Under the pieces are notes generated by a model, which was given only the letters and a program-made list of their open reading frames with translations, was not told the DNA's origin and ran no database searches. A stretch of 64,000 nucleotides of DNA from Thermoanaerobaculia bacterium (GTDB lineage Bacteria > Acidobacteriota > Thermoanaerobaculia > UBA2201 > DAOSWS01). The translations under genes and the position numbers were made by a program. Position 1 is the stretch's first letter; every line of letters starts with the position of its first letter. Of the stretch, positions 30,042 through 40,123 are shown in pieces. The DNA lies in assembly GCA_035593605.1 (NCBI GenBank), contig DAOSWS010000011.1, positions 28,304 to 92,303 on the forward strand. Direction: 5' to 3'.

Positions 30042-30503
30042 ATGAAGCATCCGGCCTATGCTCTTTTGCTGATCCCCATCCCCCTGATTCTTCTCTATCT
30101 GGCCTTCAGGATTCACCCTCCCATGGAACAGGAAACGGTGCAGCCGGCCCTGTCCATTCCCGAATCCCTTTCGATCGCCCTGACATCCACACGTACCTTT
30201 GACCGGGAAACCCTTGCCGATTATATCGATGGTGCTGCCGATGCCTATATCGAGGAAGGATTTACCCTGTGCACCGTCTGGGAAGGCACAAAAGGAGGCA
30301 CGGAGATTATCCTGGAGCGATATACCATGGAGAGCGAAGCCTCCGCCCGGGCCATGCTTGAGCGGGAAGGCGGAGAATTTCAATCCCCTGAGGCCCTGGC
30401 CTTCATCTCCGGGCCCGATTATTTCAAGGCCACGCTGTATCCGGAGGATGAAGCTCTGTCCAGACAGGTCTTTCAATCACTGGGAAAGGAATCCAACCCT
30501 TGA
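30042..30503 (+). CDS. Hypothetical membrane-anchored protein (single N-terminal TM)
   Basis: ATG start, hydrophobic N-terminus ALLLIPIPLILLYLAF and coding-like composition. It lies immediately upstream of the DUF362 gene. Confidence 0.45.
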   Translation: MKHPAYALLLIPIPLILLYLAFRIHPPMEQETVQPALSIPESLSIALTSTRTFDRETLADYIDGAADAYIEEGFTLCTVWEGTKGGTEIILERYTMESEASARAMLEREGGEFQSPEALAFISGPDYFKATLYPEDEALSRQVFQSLGKESNP

Positions 30504-30508
30504 CAAAC

Positions 30509-31456
30509 ATGGACCGAAGAACCTTTCTGCAGAGGTGCCTCTGGGCAGTCGGCACGCTGGGGATCTCCTCGGGGGCCGCCCTTTACTTTCGGGACCGCAG
30601 GCAGAGTAGTGGACCTCTTCCGACCTTTCGGGATCATCGATCGGGATTACAAATTCCAGGAGGAATCGTACAGGTCCATGGAAAGGACATCCCCTCGATG
30701 GTCGAGATAGCTCTCAAGCCGTTCGGGGGTATGGAAGCATTAATCCGACCAGGGGAAATCCTCCTCATCAAGCCCAATGCCGCCTGGGACCGTACGCCGG
30801 AGCAGGCGGCCAACACCCATCCTGAAATCGTTGCCGCGCTTGTCACCATGGGCCTGGCGGCGGGGGCCGGCAGCGTCATCGTGGCCGATATCGCCTGTAA
30901 TGATCCGAGAAAGACCTTTGACCGTTCCGGGATCCGTGATGCTGCGGAACGCTCGGGAGCCTCTCTCGTGATTCCCGACACCTTTGTGGACGTAGCCTAT
31001 CACGGTTCGTTTATCCAGTCCTTTCCCACGGGACGGGTCTTTCTCGAAGCCGATCGAATCATCAATGTGCCCATCGTCAAACACCATTCCCTGACCCGAG
31101 CGACCCTCGGGTTGAAGAACTGGTACGGCCTCCTTGGAGGACGGAGGCACAAGCTCCACCAGATGATTCACGAATCGGTAGTGGATCTTGCCGTTGCGAT
31201 CAAACCCACATTCACTCTTATGGATGCGACCCGGGTTCTTATTGCCAACGGGCCTCAGGGAGGGAGCCTGGACAATGTGCGTTCCATGGGGCTCATCGCC
31301 GCGGGAACCGATCCGGTGGCCCTGGACGCCTGGGGTGCCGGGCTTCTTGGCCTGACCCCGTTAGACCTTCCCTTCATCCGCCTGGGCAGGGCTGCGGGGC
31401 TGGGAACCCATGAATACGGGACCATCATGCGGGAGGAAATCGACCTTGAGGCTTAA
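30509..31456 (+). CDS. DUF362 domain protein with twin-arginine (Tat) signal
   Basis: MDRRTFLQRCLWAVGTLGISSGAALYF is a Tat motif. A DUF362-like core follows (LIKPNAAWDRTPEQAANTHPEIV...). Confidence 0.7.
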   Translation: MDRRTFLQRCLWAVGTLGISSGAALYFRDRRQSSGPLPTFRDHRSGLQIPGGIVQVHGKDIPSMVEIALKPFGGMEALIRPGEILLIKPNAAWDRTPEQAANTHPEIVAALVTMGLAAGAGSVIVADIACNDPRKTFDRSGIRDAAERSGASLVIPDTFVDVAYHGSFIQSFPTGRVFLEADRIINVPIVKHHSLTRATLGLKNWYGLLGGRRHKLHQMIHESVVDLAVAIKPTFTLMDATRVLIANGPQGGSLDNVRSMGLIAAGTDPVALDAWGAGLLGLTPLDLPFIRLGRAAGLGTHEYGTIMREEIDLEA

Positions 31457-32930
31457 ATCGGTTCGATGGATCTACCAGGCTTTCTTTCTTCTCCTTTTCA
31501 TCCTGCTACTCGCAGCCACATCCTATTTTGGCCTGGGATCTCTTCCCGTGAAGTTCTTTCTGGAAGCCAGCCCCCTTCTCGCGCTCTCTTCCATCCTTGC
31601 CGGGGCCACTCTGGCGACCGGAATGCTGCTTTCTCTTGCCACAATCGGCCTGACCGTCATCTTCGGCCGCGTGTTCTGCGGGTGGATCTGTCCGATGGGG
31701 ACATTGAACCAGGCAACCGGGTGGCTTCTGTCCCGGAGAAGCAAGAGGGAGAATCTCTCCATCAACCGCTGGAGATCCTGGTACGTCACGAAATATGTCA
31801 TCCTGGCGGTTCTTATCGTGCTGGCCCTTCTGGGAGTCAATGCCGCGGGGTGGCTGGATCCGATCGCCCTGCTGGTACGGTCCCTTTCCACCGGTATCTT
31901 TCCTTCCCTGGGCGAAGCCACGGGATTCCTCTACATCAAACAGCCGGCGTTTCAGGGAGGATGGATCCTCGCCGTGCTCTTTCTCGCCATCCTGGCCGCA
32001 AACCTATGGGTCCCCCGATTGTGGTGCCGGGCCCTCTGTCCCCTGGGTGCCCTTCTCGGACTGATTTCCCGATACCCTTTTTTCAAGATTCACCGGCAGG
32101 ATTCACTCTGTTCCGGCTGTTCTCTATGTGTCATCGGGTGCCAGGGTGCCGATGAACCCCTGGGAGATCATCGGGTCATGGAATGTTTTGTATGCCTGAA
32201 CTGTACAGAACATTGTCCGGATTCTGCCATCACCTATCACCTCCTCCCCCCTTCCGCTTCCTCCATTCCCACAAGCATGCCCCGCCGAACCATCATGAAG
32301 GCTTCCCTCGCCGCCGTTGCGGTGCCCTTTGCAATCAAGGCATCGGCAGGAGGAACACTCTTCCCGTCCAGGCGGAGAATCCGGCCTCCCGGAGCGCTAC
32401 CGGAGGATGATTTTCTCGATCTCTGTATTCGATGCGGTGAATGCATGAAGGTGTGTCCCGTCAACGCCCTCCATCCAGCCTGGGATGAGGCTGGAATCGA
32501 AGGTCTCTGGTCTCCGGTACTGGTTCCCCGCCTTGGGTACTGTGAATATAACTGCAACCTCTGCTCAAGGGTCTGTCCGACCGGTGCGATCGGCGCCTTT
32601 ACCGTTGAGGAGAAAATCGGAAAACCCATCGTCATCGGTGCCGCCATGATCGATCGGGGCCGATGCCTTCCCTGGGCGAACAATCGCCCCTGCACGGTCT
32701 GTGAGGAGATGTGCCCGACAGATCCCAAGGCCATCCTTTTTGACCGGATTCTCATCGCAAGCGGCCCTGAATCACGGGAAATCCTTCAACCCAGGGTGGT
32801 TCTGGAACGGTGCATCGGCTGCGGGATCTGTGAAAACAAGTGTCCCGTCCTCGCGGATCCGGCCATTTATGTCATTTCATCGGGCGAAAGCCGGGATCCC
32901 TCCAATACGATTGTTGGAGCCAGAGCGTGA
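31410..32930 (+). CDS. Membrane polyferredoxin, NapH/MauN/NosR-like, with six Fe-S motifs
   Basis: N-terminal TM segments with GRVFCGWICPMGT and RLWCRALCPLG (the NapH signature). C-terminal CxxCxxCxxxCP-type motifs occur six times. The start is uncertain: the ATG at 31410 or the TTG at 31446 both overlap the DUF362 gene. Confidence 0.8.
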   Translation: MNTGPSCGRKSTLRLKSVRWIYQAFFLLLFILLLAATSYFGLGSLPVKFFLEASPLLALSSILAGATLATGMLLSLATIGLTVIFGRVFCGWICPMGTLNQATGWLLSRRSKRENLSINRWRSWYVTKYVILAVLIVLALLGVNAAGWLDPIALLVRSLSTGIFPSLGEATGFLYIKQPAFQGGWILAVLFLAILAANLWVPRLWCRALCPLGALLGLISRYPFFKIHRQDSLCSGCSLCVIGCQGADEPLGDHRVMECFVCLNCTEHCPDSAITYHLLPPSASSIPTSMPRRTIMKASLAAVAVPFAIKASAGGTLFPSRRRIRPPGALPEDDFLDLCIRCGECMKVCPVNALHPAWDEAGIEGLWSPVLVPRLGYCEYNCNLCSRVCPTGAIGAFTVEEKIGKPIVIGAAMIDRGRCLPWANNRPCTVCEEMCPTDPKAILFDRILIASGPESREILQPRVVLERCIGCGICENKCPVLADPAIYVISSGESRDPSNTIVGARA

Positions 32931-32938
32931 ACGATTCC

Positions 32939-34039
32939 ATGGAAGGAACCAAGCCGGGCGGCTGGTCACGGGCGGACTGGATCCTGAACTCTCTGCTTCT
33001 CTGTATCCCGGCCGCCATGCTCCTCTTCTTTCTCACAACGTATCACGTCCTTATCTTCACCTGCGCATGCATCGCGATCATCCCCCTGGCCAACCTGATG
33101 GGAAAGGCCACGGAGGAGATCGCCCATCGGCTCGGCAGCGGTCTTGGTGGATTCATGAATGCAACGTTTGGAAATGCGGCGGAACTCATTATCGGGCTGA
33201 TTGCCCTGAAGGAAGGAAACATTGTAATTGTCAAAGCATCCATTACAGGCTCCATTATCGGAAATATCCTTTTCGTACTTGGACTTTCCGTACTCATCGG
33301 GGGAATCCGAAACGGACGGCAAACCTTCAACCTCACAGCGGCGAGCGCCTCCTCCAGCACCCTTCTCCTCTCAGTGTGTGCACTGGCCATCCCGGCTCTC
33401 TTTCATCTCTTCATTCCCACGGAGAGACTGGAACCCATCGAGCTCCATCTCAGCGTCACCATTTCCATCATCCTTCTTCTTCTCTATGGATGCAGCCTCC
33501 TGTTCAGCCTGAAAACCCACAGCCACCTTTACCGGGGAAAGGCGGAACATCCGGCAAAAACTTCCTGGACTCTGCGGCGTGCCGTCTGGGTGCTTGTAGG
33601 TTCCACGGTCTTTGTGGGTGCAATGGCGGAGATCCTGGTCCACTCCCTGGATGAAACCGTTTCCACCATCGGATTTACGGAAACATTTGTCGGGGTTATT
33701 ATTATCGCGATTATCGGTAACGCCGCCGAACATTCCACAGCGGTCCTCATGGCGTGGAAGGATCAGATGAACCTTTCCCTCACCATTGCCATGGAATCCA
33801 GCAAGCAGATCGCCCTCTTTGTCGCTCCCGTCCTTGTCCTCTTCGGATTAATCCTTGGGACCGGCACTTCCACTCACAGAATGAATCTTGACTTCAATCC
33901 CCTTGAGGTCGTAGCGGTAACCTTTTCGGTCCTCATGGTTTCGAGCATCTGCCATGACGGTGAATCCCACTGGCTTGAAGGCGCTCTTCTTCTGGGTGTA
34001 TACGCCATCCTGGCCGCAGGATTTTTCTTCATCCCCTGA
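32939..34039 (+). CDS. Ca2+/H+ antiporter (CaCA family, ChaA/CAX-like)
   Basis: Two alpha-repeat signatures, GNAAELIIG and GNAAEHSTA, and about 11 TM segments. The ATG at 32939 lies just after the upstream stop. Confidence 0.85.
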   Translation: MEGTKPGGWSRADWILNSLLLCIPAAMLLFFLTTYHVLIFTCACIAIIPLANLMGKATEEIAHRLGSGLGGFMNATFGNAAELIIGLIALKEGNIVIVKASITGSIIGNILFVLGLSVLIGGIRNGRQTFNLTAASASSSTLLLSVCALAIPALFHLFIPTERLEPIELHLSVTISIILLLLYGCSLLFSLKTHSHLYRGKAEHPAKTSWTLRRAVWVLVGSTVFVGAMAEILVHSLDETVSTIGFTETFVGVIIIAIIGNAAEHSTAVLMAWKDQMNLSLTIAMESSKQIALFVAPVLVLFGLILGTGTSTHRMNLDFNPLEVVAVTFSVLMVSSICHDGESHWLEGALLLGVYAILAAGFFFIP

Positions 34040-34297
34040 ACCTGACCCGTTCTTTTCACACTCCCTGTGGCTGCGGCGACACATAGGACCGCGCCGTTTT
34101 ACAGTCACTCAACAATCCTCAACACAGGCAAAGGGCTGCGCCTTCTACATATTTCAATTGTCTTCCCTGCATTTCCGACCATCTTCACCGCCCGGACATG
34201 CACTGCGTAAGGAAATGGGGGTTCTAAGAAAAGCCGCATCTCCATCGTCTCCATGGTTGAGAGGTTCAATCCCTCACCCATTCCACGGAGGTGCCTT

Positions 34298-35143
34298 ATG
34301 AAACGAAATGCCCTGATCATCACAGCCCTGGTTCTGGCGGTGGCCGCAGGAACCTTTGCCGCAGGACAATCCTTTACCTTTACGTGTCGCACGAAGATCA
34401 TCCGGGACGGGTACACCTACTATGAGTACCGACCCCAGACCTACACCTTCACGATCGAGATCATTTCCGACGAGCGCGGGGTTCTGAGAGAAAGCAGGAA
34501 ATGGAACCGGCCTTTTGTTTCCGCCGAACCCGGGGAGCGATACTCCATTCGGATCCACAACCCCATGCCGATTCCCGTTGCCGTCAACCTTGCCATCGAC
34601 GGCCTCAATTCCATCACGGGAGATCCCGGAAAACCGGACGAAGGGAAGAAGTGGATCATCGATCCTTATTCCTACGTCACGATCCGCGGCTGGCAGGTTT
34701 CATCCCATGATGCCCGTCGATTCTTCTTTACCACCCGGGAAGACTCCTATGCGACCTGGCAGGGAAATCGCTGGGGAAAAGATCTTTCTGTCAACTGCGG
34801 TGTAATCGGGGCGGCCTTCTTCTGGTCAAAGAGGGAAATGGAACAATATTATGAATCCAATCCCATCATCGAGTACACCCGGTACGGTTTGAGCGGTCAC
34901 AACGCCTATGATGAAGCTCCCTCTGCCATGAGTCAGAGAAAATCCGAATGTATGGAGAAGAGACAGAAGGCCGGAACCGGGATGGGAGAGAGAGAGACGC
35001 ATCCGGTCCGCCAGGTCCGCTTCGACTATGACACAGGCATGTATCAGATCGGTCAGGCGGTCATTCTGTTTTACGATTTTCCCGATCGACGGCCCCCCTA
35101 TCCCCGACCCTTCGAAGGTTCCTGGGCCCCTGAAATGCCCTGA
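34298..35143 (+). CDS. Secreted hypothetical protein
   Basis: GGAGG precedes the ATG at 34298. Signal peptide MKRNALIITALVLAVAAGTFAAG. I recognise no family. Confidence 0.5.
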   Translation: MKRNALIITALVLAVAAGTFAAGQSFTFTCRTKIIRDGYTYYEYRPQTYTFTIEIISDERGVLRESRKWNRPFVSAEPGERYSIRIHNPMPIPVAVNLAIDGLNSITGDPGKPDEGKKWIIDPYSYVTIRGWQVSSHDARRFFFTTREDSYATWQGNRWGKDLSVNCGVIGAAFFWSKREMEQYYESNPIIEYTRYGLSGHNAYDEAPSAMSQRKSECMEKRQKAGTGMGERETHPVRQVRFDYDTGMYQIGQAVILFYDFPDRRPPYPRPFEGSWAPEMP

Positions 35144-35162
35144 CGTAATCGGTTCGCGAAGT

Positions 35163-35212
35163 CCCGGAATGAAACACAAACAGGTCGACATCATTCCGGG
35201 GCTTCTTTTCTT
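35163..35212. terminator. Hairpin plus T-run between convergent genes (candidate bidirectional terminator)
   Basis: CCCGGAATGA...(20-nt loop)...TCATTCCGGG followed by GCTTCTTTTCTT. Confidence 0.5.
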
Positions 35213-35247
35213 GATTTACCATCAGCCCGGTAACATGGGGCTGATTC

Positions 35248-36690
35248 TTATTCTGGTTTCGCGTACACCTGATTCGTTCCATTCCTCCCTGAGATGAGGA
35301 GAATCGTAATCAGGGATAGAAAGAAGGCGGGGACCAGTTCGTACATGGAACTCTTGAGAAGGGGAACCTGGTTCCAGACAACCGTCACCACAGCACCCAC
35401 AACCATGCCCGCGAGGATGGCGCGGCCCGAGGCATTACTGGAATAGAGGCTCACGATCACGGCAGGTCCGATGGCGGCACCCAGGCCGCTCCAGGAGAAG
35501 AGTACAAACCAGAAGACGATGGTTTTTGCGGAAACGGCAAGCAGGACGGCAAGAACCATCAGAATCAGAATGGCCAGCCGGCTGAGCCGTACAAGATCAT
35601 CGGTGGAAACCTGCCGGTTTTTGCGCAGTATTTTCTGGTAGATGTCACGGATCAGGCCTGAAGAGGCCACAAGAAGCTGGGAGTCACAGGTGGACATGAT
35701 GGCGGCAAAGATTGCCGCGAGGACAACTCCAAAAAGAAAGGGATGGAACGTGTCTCTCGCAAGGTAGGGAAGGATCATTTCCGGATCACCGGAGGGAAGA
35801 TGGTCCGCACTCAGATAGACGGCGCGCCCCACCAGACCGGTACACGTAGCCCCGACCGCCATAAGAATATTCGCCACGGTTCCATACATGGCCGCCCGTA
35901 CAAGGTCCTTTTCCTCTCTGGCGGCCATGTATCGCACCAGGATATGCGGATTCCCTGCCGAGCCCAGCCCTATTCCGAGAAACCCGGCAAGAACCGCCAC
36001 GGAAAGGTTCATGGGAGCGATAAGCCCAGGATCCAGTGACATCAGTGAGGAGGCAAGCCATGAGAATCCTCCCCTTTGCACCAGTACCGTCAGGGGAAGC
36101 CCGATCAGGGCAAGAATCATGAGCAGCCCCTGGATAACATCGGTCAGGGCTACGGCAAGAAATCCGCCAAGGAGTGTATAGACCAGGATGATGGCAGCCG
36201 CCAGAACCATCCCTTCATTCACGGGAAGGGTAAAGGCAGACTGAAAGGCCTTCCCGGCTGCCAGGAGTTGAGCCGCAACATAGGCGGTAAGAAAGACAAC
36301 AATGGGAACCGCAGAAAGGAGCCGGAGACTCTGGCTGTGGCCCGGGTAGCGCGAGGCAAAGTAGTCCGGGATGGTAATGTCTCCCATCCGACCCGTTTCT
36401 CTCCTGAGTTTCTTCCCGACGGTGAGAAAAAGGATGGCCTCAATTGAAATATAACCCACCGTGGCCCACACAGCCGCCACACCCATGGAAAACGCCATAC
36501 CGGAGAAACCAAGAAGAAGCCATGCGCTGCGCCCGGACGCCACGGTACTCAGGGCCACAACGAAACCTCCCAGCGTTCGGTTTGCCAGAAAAAAGTGATC
36601 CAGATCTTTGGATGAAAAACGGGATACCAGGAACCCGATGAGAAGGACCGCTGCAAAATATAGAGAGAATGCGGCAATCGTGGAAACCAT
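35248..36690 (-). CDS. Sodium:solute symporter family (SSS; PutP/PanF-like)
   Basis: About 13 TM segments and an SSS N-terminal signature (FLANRTLGGFVVALSTVASGRSAWLLLGFSG). Confidence 0.85.
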   Translation of the reverse strand: MVSTIAAFSLYFAAVLLIGFLVSRFSSKDLDHFFLANRTLGGFVVALSTVASGRSAWLLLGFSGMAFSMGVAAVWATVGYISIEAILFLTVGKKLRRETGRMGDITIPDYFASRYPGHSQSLRLLSAVPIVVFLTAYVAAQLLAAGKAFQSAFTLPVNEGMVLAAAIILVYTLLGGFLAVALTDVIQGLLMILALIGLPLTVLVQRGGFSWLASSLMSLDPGLIAPMNLSVAVLAGFLGIGLGSAGNPHILVRYMAAREEKDLVRAAMYGTVANILMAVGATCTGLVGRAVYLSADHLPSGDPEMILPYLARDTFHPFLFGVVLAAIFAAIMSTCDSQLLVASSGLIRDIYQKILRKNRQVSTDDLVRLSRLAILILMVLAVLLAVSAKTIVFWFVLFSWSGLGAAIGPAVIVSLYSSNASGRAILAGMVVGAVVTVVWNQVPLLKSSMYELVPAFFLSLITILLISGRNGTNQVYAKPE

Positions 36691-36786
36691 GAAACTATTA
36701 TGGGAAAAAAGAACTCTGCGTCAAGTCCGGGAACCTGTCCGGGATTGTGGTTTACTTTTCAGAAGGGAGTGTGTCTAATTAGATTG

Positions 36787-37371
36787 ATGCTCTATGCCTT
36801 TCATATCCCCGATCCTCCTGAATCCCAATCAACTGTTTTCCGCTCTCCGGAACCTGAAAGCAAGAGCTGGAACAAAATCGATGCGGGAGCATGGGTTGAA
36901 GAAACCTACACCATGGTGTACTCCGCTCTGATCCGTCTCTGTGGGGGAGACCGGGAAACGGCAGAAGATTTGACGCAGGAGACCTACCGTAAAGCCTGGC
37001 AGGGGCTTTCCTCATATGCAGGAAAGGCAAAACTTTCCACATGGCTTTATCAGATCGCTTACCACACCTTCTTAAATCACATCCGTAAACCTGCACGCCT
37101 GATTTCCGTGAAGGATTATTCTGCAATTCCAGCAAACGAGGAGCATGAACCACAGGGGCTATTGGAGAAAGAGGATCTCCAGGAGCGTTTGAGAATGGCC
37201 GTCATGGGGTTACCCGACGATCTTCGATTTTCTCTGACAGCCCATTTCTGGGCTGAGATTCCGGTTCGGGAGATAGCACGGATGGAAGGATTGAGTTCCA
37301 TGGCCATTCGAAAACGGCTGAAACGTGCGCTGAAGCTCCTTGAAGCCTTCCTCGGAGAAGCGGAATCATGA
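36787..37371 (+). CDS. ECF-type RNA polymerase sigma-70 factor
   Basis: Region 2 (LIRLCGGDRETAEDLTQETYRKAW) and region 4 HTH (EIARMEGLSSMAIRKRLKRAL). Its stop overlaps the next gene as ATGA. Confidence 0.8.
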   Translation: MLYAFHIPDPPESQSTVFRSPEPESKSWNKIDAGAWVEETYTMVYSALIRLCGGDRETAEDLTQETYRKAWQGLSSYAGKAKLSTWLYQIAYHTFLNHIRKPARLISVKDYSAIPANEEHEPQGLLEKEDLQERLRMAVMGLPDDLRFSLTAHFWAEIPVREIARMEGLSSMAIRKRLKRALKLLEAFLGEAES

Positions 37372-39056
37372 AACGGATCACGCGAAAAACCCTGCAGGAA
37401 CATCTCAGGAAAGGGGATTTCCCTCCCCCTTCCAGGGACCTCTTCTCTCGAATATTCCTTAATATTCCGGATGAAGTGCTTGGCGTGTCTCGCCCCTCAA
37501 AGGATGGAAGCCCCACTCCAACCCCTCTGAGGGCAGCTGCAGCCGTAGTGATCCTGTGTGCTCTGGGAATCCTTGCGGGTTTCGTTCTGGGTCGAATTCA
37601 ACCGATTCGATCCTCGCTGCAGCGAGCCTTCAATTCATCCAACTCCCCGGACCGGCCCGTGATGAACGTAAGCCCCGATTCCCTGAATGAATCATCAGCT
37701 TCACAGGTTCCCCTTCACTCCGCACCAGATCCTGTCCGGAACGCCTCTTTCTTTTCGACGCCGGCTCGCTTTGTCTCCTCCAGGGATTTTCCTGTGGCCG
37801 AGGTTAACCTCACCGTGGATGCGGCACCCTTCAGGTTGTCCCGATATCTTCTGGAACGGGGATACCGTCCTCCCGGAGATCTTGTCGATCCGGCTGCATT
37901 CATCAATCACTTCGTTCAGCCGGTATGGAAAGGAGACAGCCCGGTATCCCTCGACGTAACCGGAGCTGCTTCTCCCTTTCATTCAGATCCCGAGCACAGG
38001 CTGATCCTGGTTCGCATCTCCAGCCGGGGAAAGACGGTTTCCAGCAGTGAACCCGATCGTTGTACTCTCATTCTCAACCTGGACGAAGCCGAGCAGCGAA
38101 ATATCTCCGAAGCCGTCGCAGGAGCCGTTCCTGAATTCATCGCTACGATGGGACCCGGCACAAGTTTTGAATTGATTGCATCCCGCCAGATCATTGAATT
38201 CAAGGCGTTGGATCCCGGAGATCCTAGGACCGGTACGGCTCCATTTCCCCGGGTCGGGACCCTGGATGAAGAAATTTCTCCAATCCCTGAGTCCGGGAAG
38301 GGCCCTCATCGAATCTTTATCGTGACGCAGAAAGTGAATCGGAAACTCCCTGCCTCGGGCTCGGAAAATCCGGACCCCACAACACAGATTGATCTCTCCA
38401 GGATTACCCGCGACATTCCCAGAATCGAAGAAGGTCCCGACGCTCAACTTTTTATCACTCAGGAAGCGGCCCGGCGGGTTCTTCGAAAAATCTCCGAAAT
38501 GGAAGAACCGGTCGCCCGGGATGCCCGGGTCGAAATTCACTTTGAGCCATCAGCTGTTGAATCCTATCGATCACTCTCGAGCGTCAGGGGAAAGGAAACG
38601 GCCGCTCGAAGTTCCATCCTTCCAGGAACAACTCTTCCGGGCAACTTTACTTCGGCTGCGATGTACGAACTAAGAATCCGTCCTGATCGGTCGGACCACA
38701 AACCCCTCGCCACCGTAACATTGACCTACCGTCCCTCCGACCATCCACGGACGAAGATCGAAATCCGAAGAGAGATCTACTTTGACGATCTTTCCACTTC
38801 CTGGGAAAAGGCACCTCTGGAATTTCAACTCCCATCCCTGGCCGCAGAATACAGTATGATCCTTCGGGAAACGTCTAAGGATCCGAAGGATCAGATTGAA
38901 AACCTCTATCAAAAGATAATGGCGCTGTCGAGGGATCAGAGCCGTGACCCTCGCTGGAAAGAACTTCTTTCTCTTGTGGATTCAACCCGGACCGCATACA
39001 GAACCGCCGTTGTGGTCGGTAACGAGTCAATCATTTACCCCCCAAAAGGAGAATAA
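37368..39056 (+). CDS. Putative membrane-anchored anti-sigma factor with large (~480-aa) extracytoplasmic domain
   Basis: It is translationally coupled to the ECF sigma gene. A short cytoplasmic N-terminus is followed by a single TM (AAAAVVILCALGILAGFVLG) and then a long periplasmic region of unknown fold. Confidence 0.55.
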   Translation: MKRITRKTLQEHLRKGDFPPPSRDLFSRIFLNIPDEVLGVSRPSKDGSPTPTPLRAAAAVVILCALGILAGFVLGRIQPIRSSLQRAFNSSNSPDRPVMNVSPDSLNESSASQVPLHSAPDPVRNASFFSTPARFVSSRDFPVAEVNLTVDAAPFRLSRYLLERGYRPPGDLVDPAAFINHFVQPVWKGDSPVSLDVTGAASPFHSDPEHRLILVRISSRGKTVSSSEPDRCTLILNLDEAEQRNISEAVAGAVPEFIATMGPGTSFELIASRQIIEFKALDPGDPRTGTAPFPRVGTLDEEISPIPESGKGPHRIFIVTQKVNRKLPASGSENPDPTTQIDLSRITRDIPRIEEGPDAQLFITQEAARRVLRKISEMEEPVARDARVEIHFEPSAVESYRSLSSVRGKETAARSSILPGTTLPGNFTSAAMYELRIRPDRSDHKPLATVTLTYRPSDHPRTKIEIRREIYFDDLSTSWEKAPLEFQLPSLAAEYSMILRETSKDPKDQIENLYQKIMALSRDQSRDPRWKELLSLVDSTRTAYRTAVVVGNESIIYPPKGE

Positions 39057-39058
39057 CA

Positions 39059-40099
39059 ATGATCCATTGGAAAGCTCTATTCATCATGCCCTTTGTTCTT
39101 GCCGCAACCCTGCTCGCCGCACCGGTTCCTTTCCCCGGTGAAGAACCCCTAATCTGGAGCCATGCCTCTCAGGAAACGGCCTATCTTGGAGTCGTCCTCC
39201 GGGAAGTGACCGCAGATGACCTTCGGAATTCATCCTTGAAAGAAGAGGCTGGAGCTGTCGTAATCCGTGTGGAGGAAGGGAGCCCCGCCGCCAAAGCAGA
39301 TTTCAAGGAAGGTGACGTCATCGTTCAATGGAACAGGACGCCGGTGGAGAGTGCCCTGCAGCTTAAACGGTTCGTCCGGGAAACTCCTCCGGGCCGAAAA
39401 GTCACACTGAACGTGGTCCGGGACGGAAAGGAACTATCCCTTCGGCCCGCGCTGGGAACAAGGCCCCCGGCCCCCGATGTGCCGGATCTGTTCCGCATCC
39501 ACGAGGGAGACAGGGATCATGACGATATCATGAAGTGGATGAACGCAGAGGGAAAGGAGTTCTCCTTCCCCGGGAAAAAAATGGTGTTTCTGACGACGGG
39601 AAAACCCAGGCTGGGCGTCGAGCTTCAAAACCTCTCCGGTCAGCTGGCAGAATATTTCGGAGTAACGGATGGGAAAGGAGTCCTGATCGCCGCCGTCCTG
39701 GATGACTCTTCCGCAAAAAAAGCAGGGCTTCGAGCCGGCGACATCATCGTGGCGATTGACGGCAAAGTGGTTGAGAATTCGAGCGACCTTCAATCCCTCA
39801 TTATGGATAAGGACGAAGGGAGCATTACGATTAAGATCATCCGCGATCGAAAGAAACAGGAGGTAAAGGCCGAGCTGGGTCCGGCTGAAAGAACAGAGCA
39901 TTGTGATAAAAAAATGATAAAGGAGATGGTGTTTTCCCCGGGAGATGACGGCGAGGAAAAGTTCATCCAGGTTCACGTTACGGGTGAACCCGATTCTCCT
40001 GAAGTGGAAATGAAAAACATCAGAGTCATCGTCGATGATCGTAACGATGAGAACGTGAAGGTGATTCACCGCATCGAATCAGACGAACCGGCCATCTGA
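39059..40099 (+). CDS. Periplasmic tandem-PDZ protein lacking a protease domain
   Basis: Signal peptide and two PDZ-like segments (GAVVIRVEEGSPAAKADFKEGDVIVQWN; GVLIAAVLDDSSAKKAGLRAGDIIVAIDG). It is too short to carry a DegP trypsin domain. Confidence 0.7.
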   Translation: MIHWKALFIMPFVLAATLLAAPVPFPGEEPLIWSHASQETAYLGVVLREVTADDLRNSSLKEEAGAVVIRVEEGSPAAKADFKEGDVIVQWNRTPVESALQLKRFVRETPPGRKVTLNVVRDGKELSLRPALGTRPPAPDVPDLFRIHEGDRDHDDIMKWMNAEGKEFSFPGKKMVFLTTGKPRLGVELQNLSGQLAEYFGVTDGKGVLIAAVLDDSSAKKAGLRAGDIIVAIDGKVVENSSDLQSLIMDKDEGSITIKIIRDRKKQEVKAELGPAERTEHCDKKMIKEMVFSPGDDGEEKFIQVHVTGEPDSPEVEMKNIRVIVDDRNDENVKVIHRIESDEPAI

Positions 40100-40123
40100 T
40101 TTCAGGCCGCCTCCATTGAGCAG

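Noticed and set aside
29999-30476. N-terminal 159 codons of the 424-aa ORF (29202-30476)
   Set aside because: The Gly-rich, low-complexity stretch (GPGDEGQGLRGL...GNGQG) lacks coding character, and its start lies beyond the divergent neighbour's start. The start was placed at MLSLSV (29999) instead.
34211-34285. tRNA-like T-loop motif GGTTCAATCCC in the 258-bp gap between the antiporter gene and the secreted-protein gene
   Set aside because: I could not build a cloverleaf. There is no matching 5' acceptor strand, no D-arm with GG, no anticodon stem, and no CCA or 7-bp acceptor pairing. It is most likely a chance match inside a promoter or 5' UTR.
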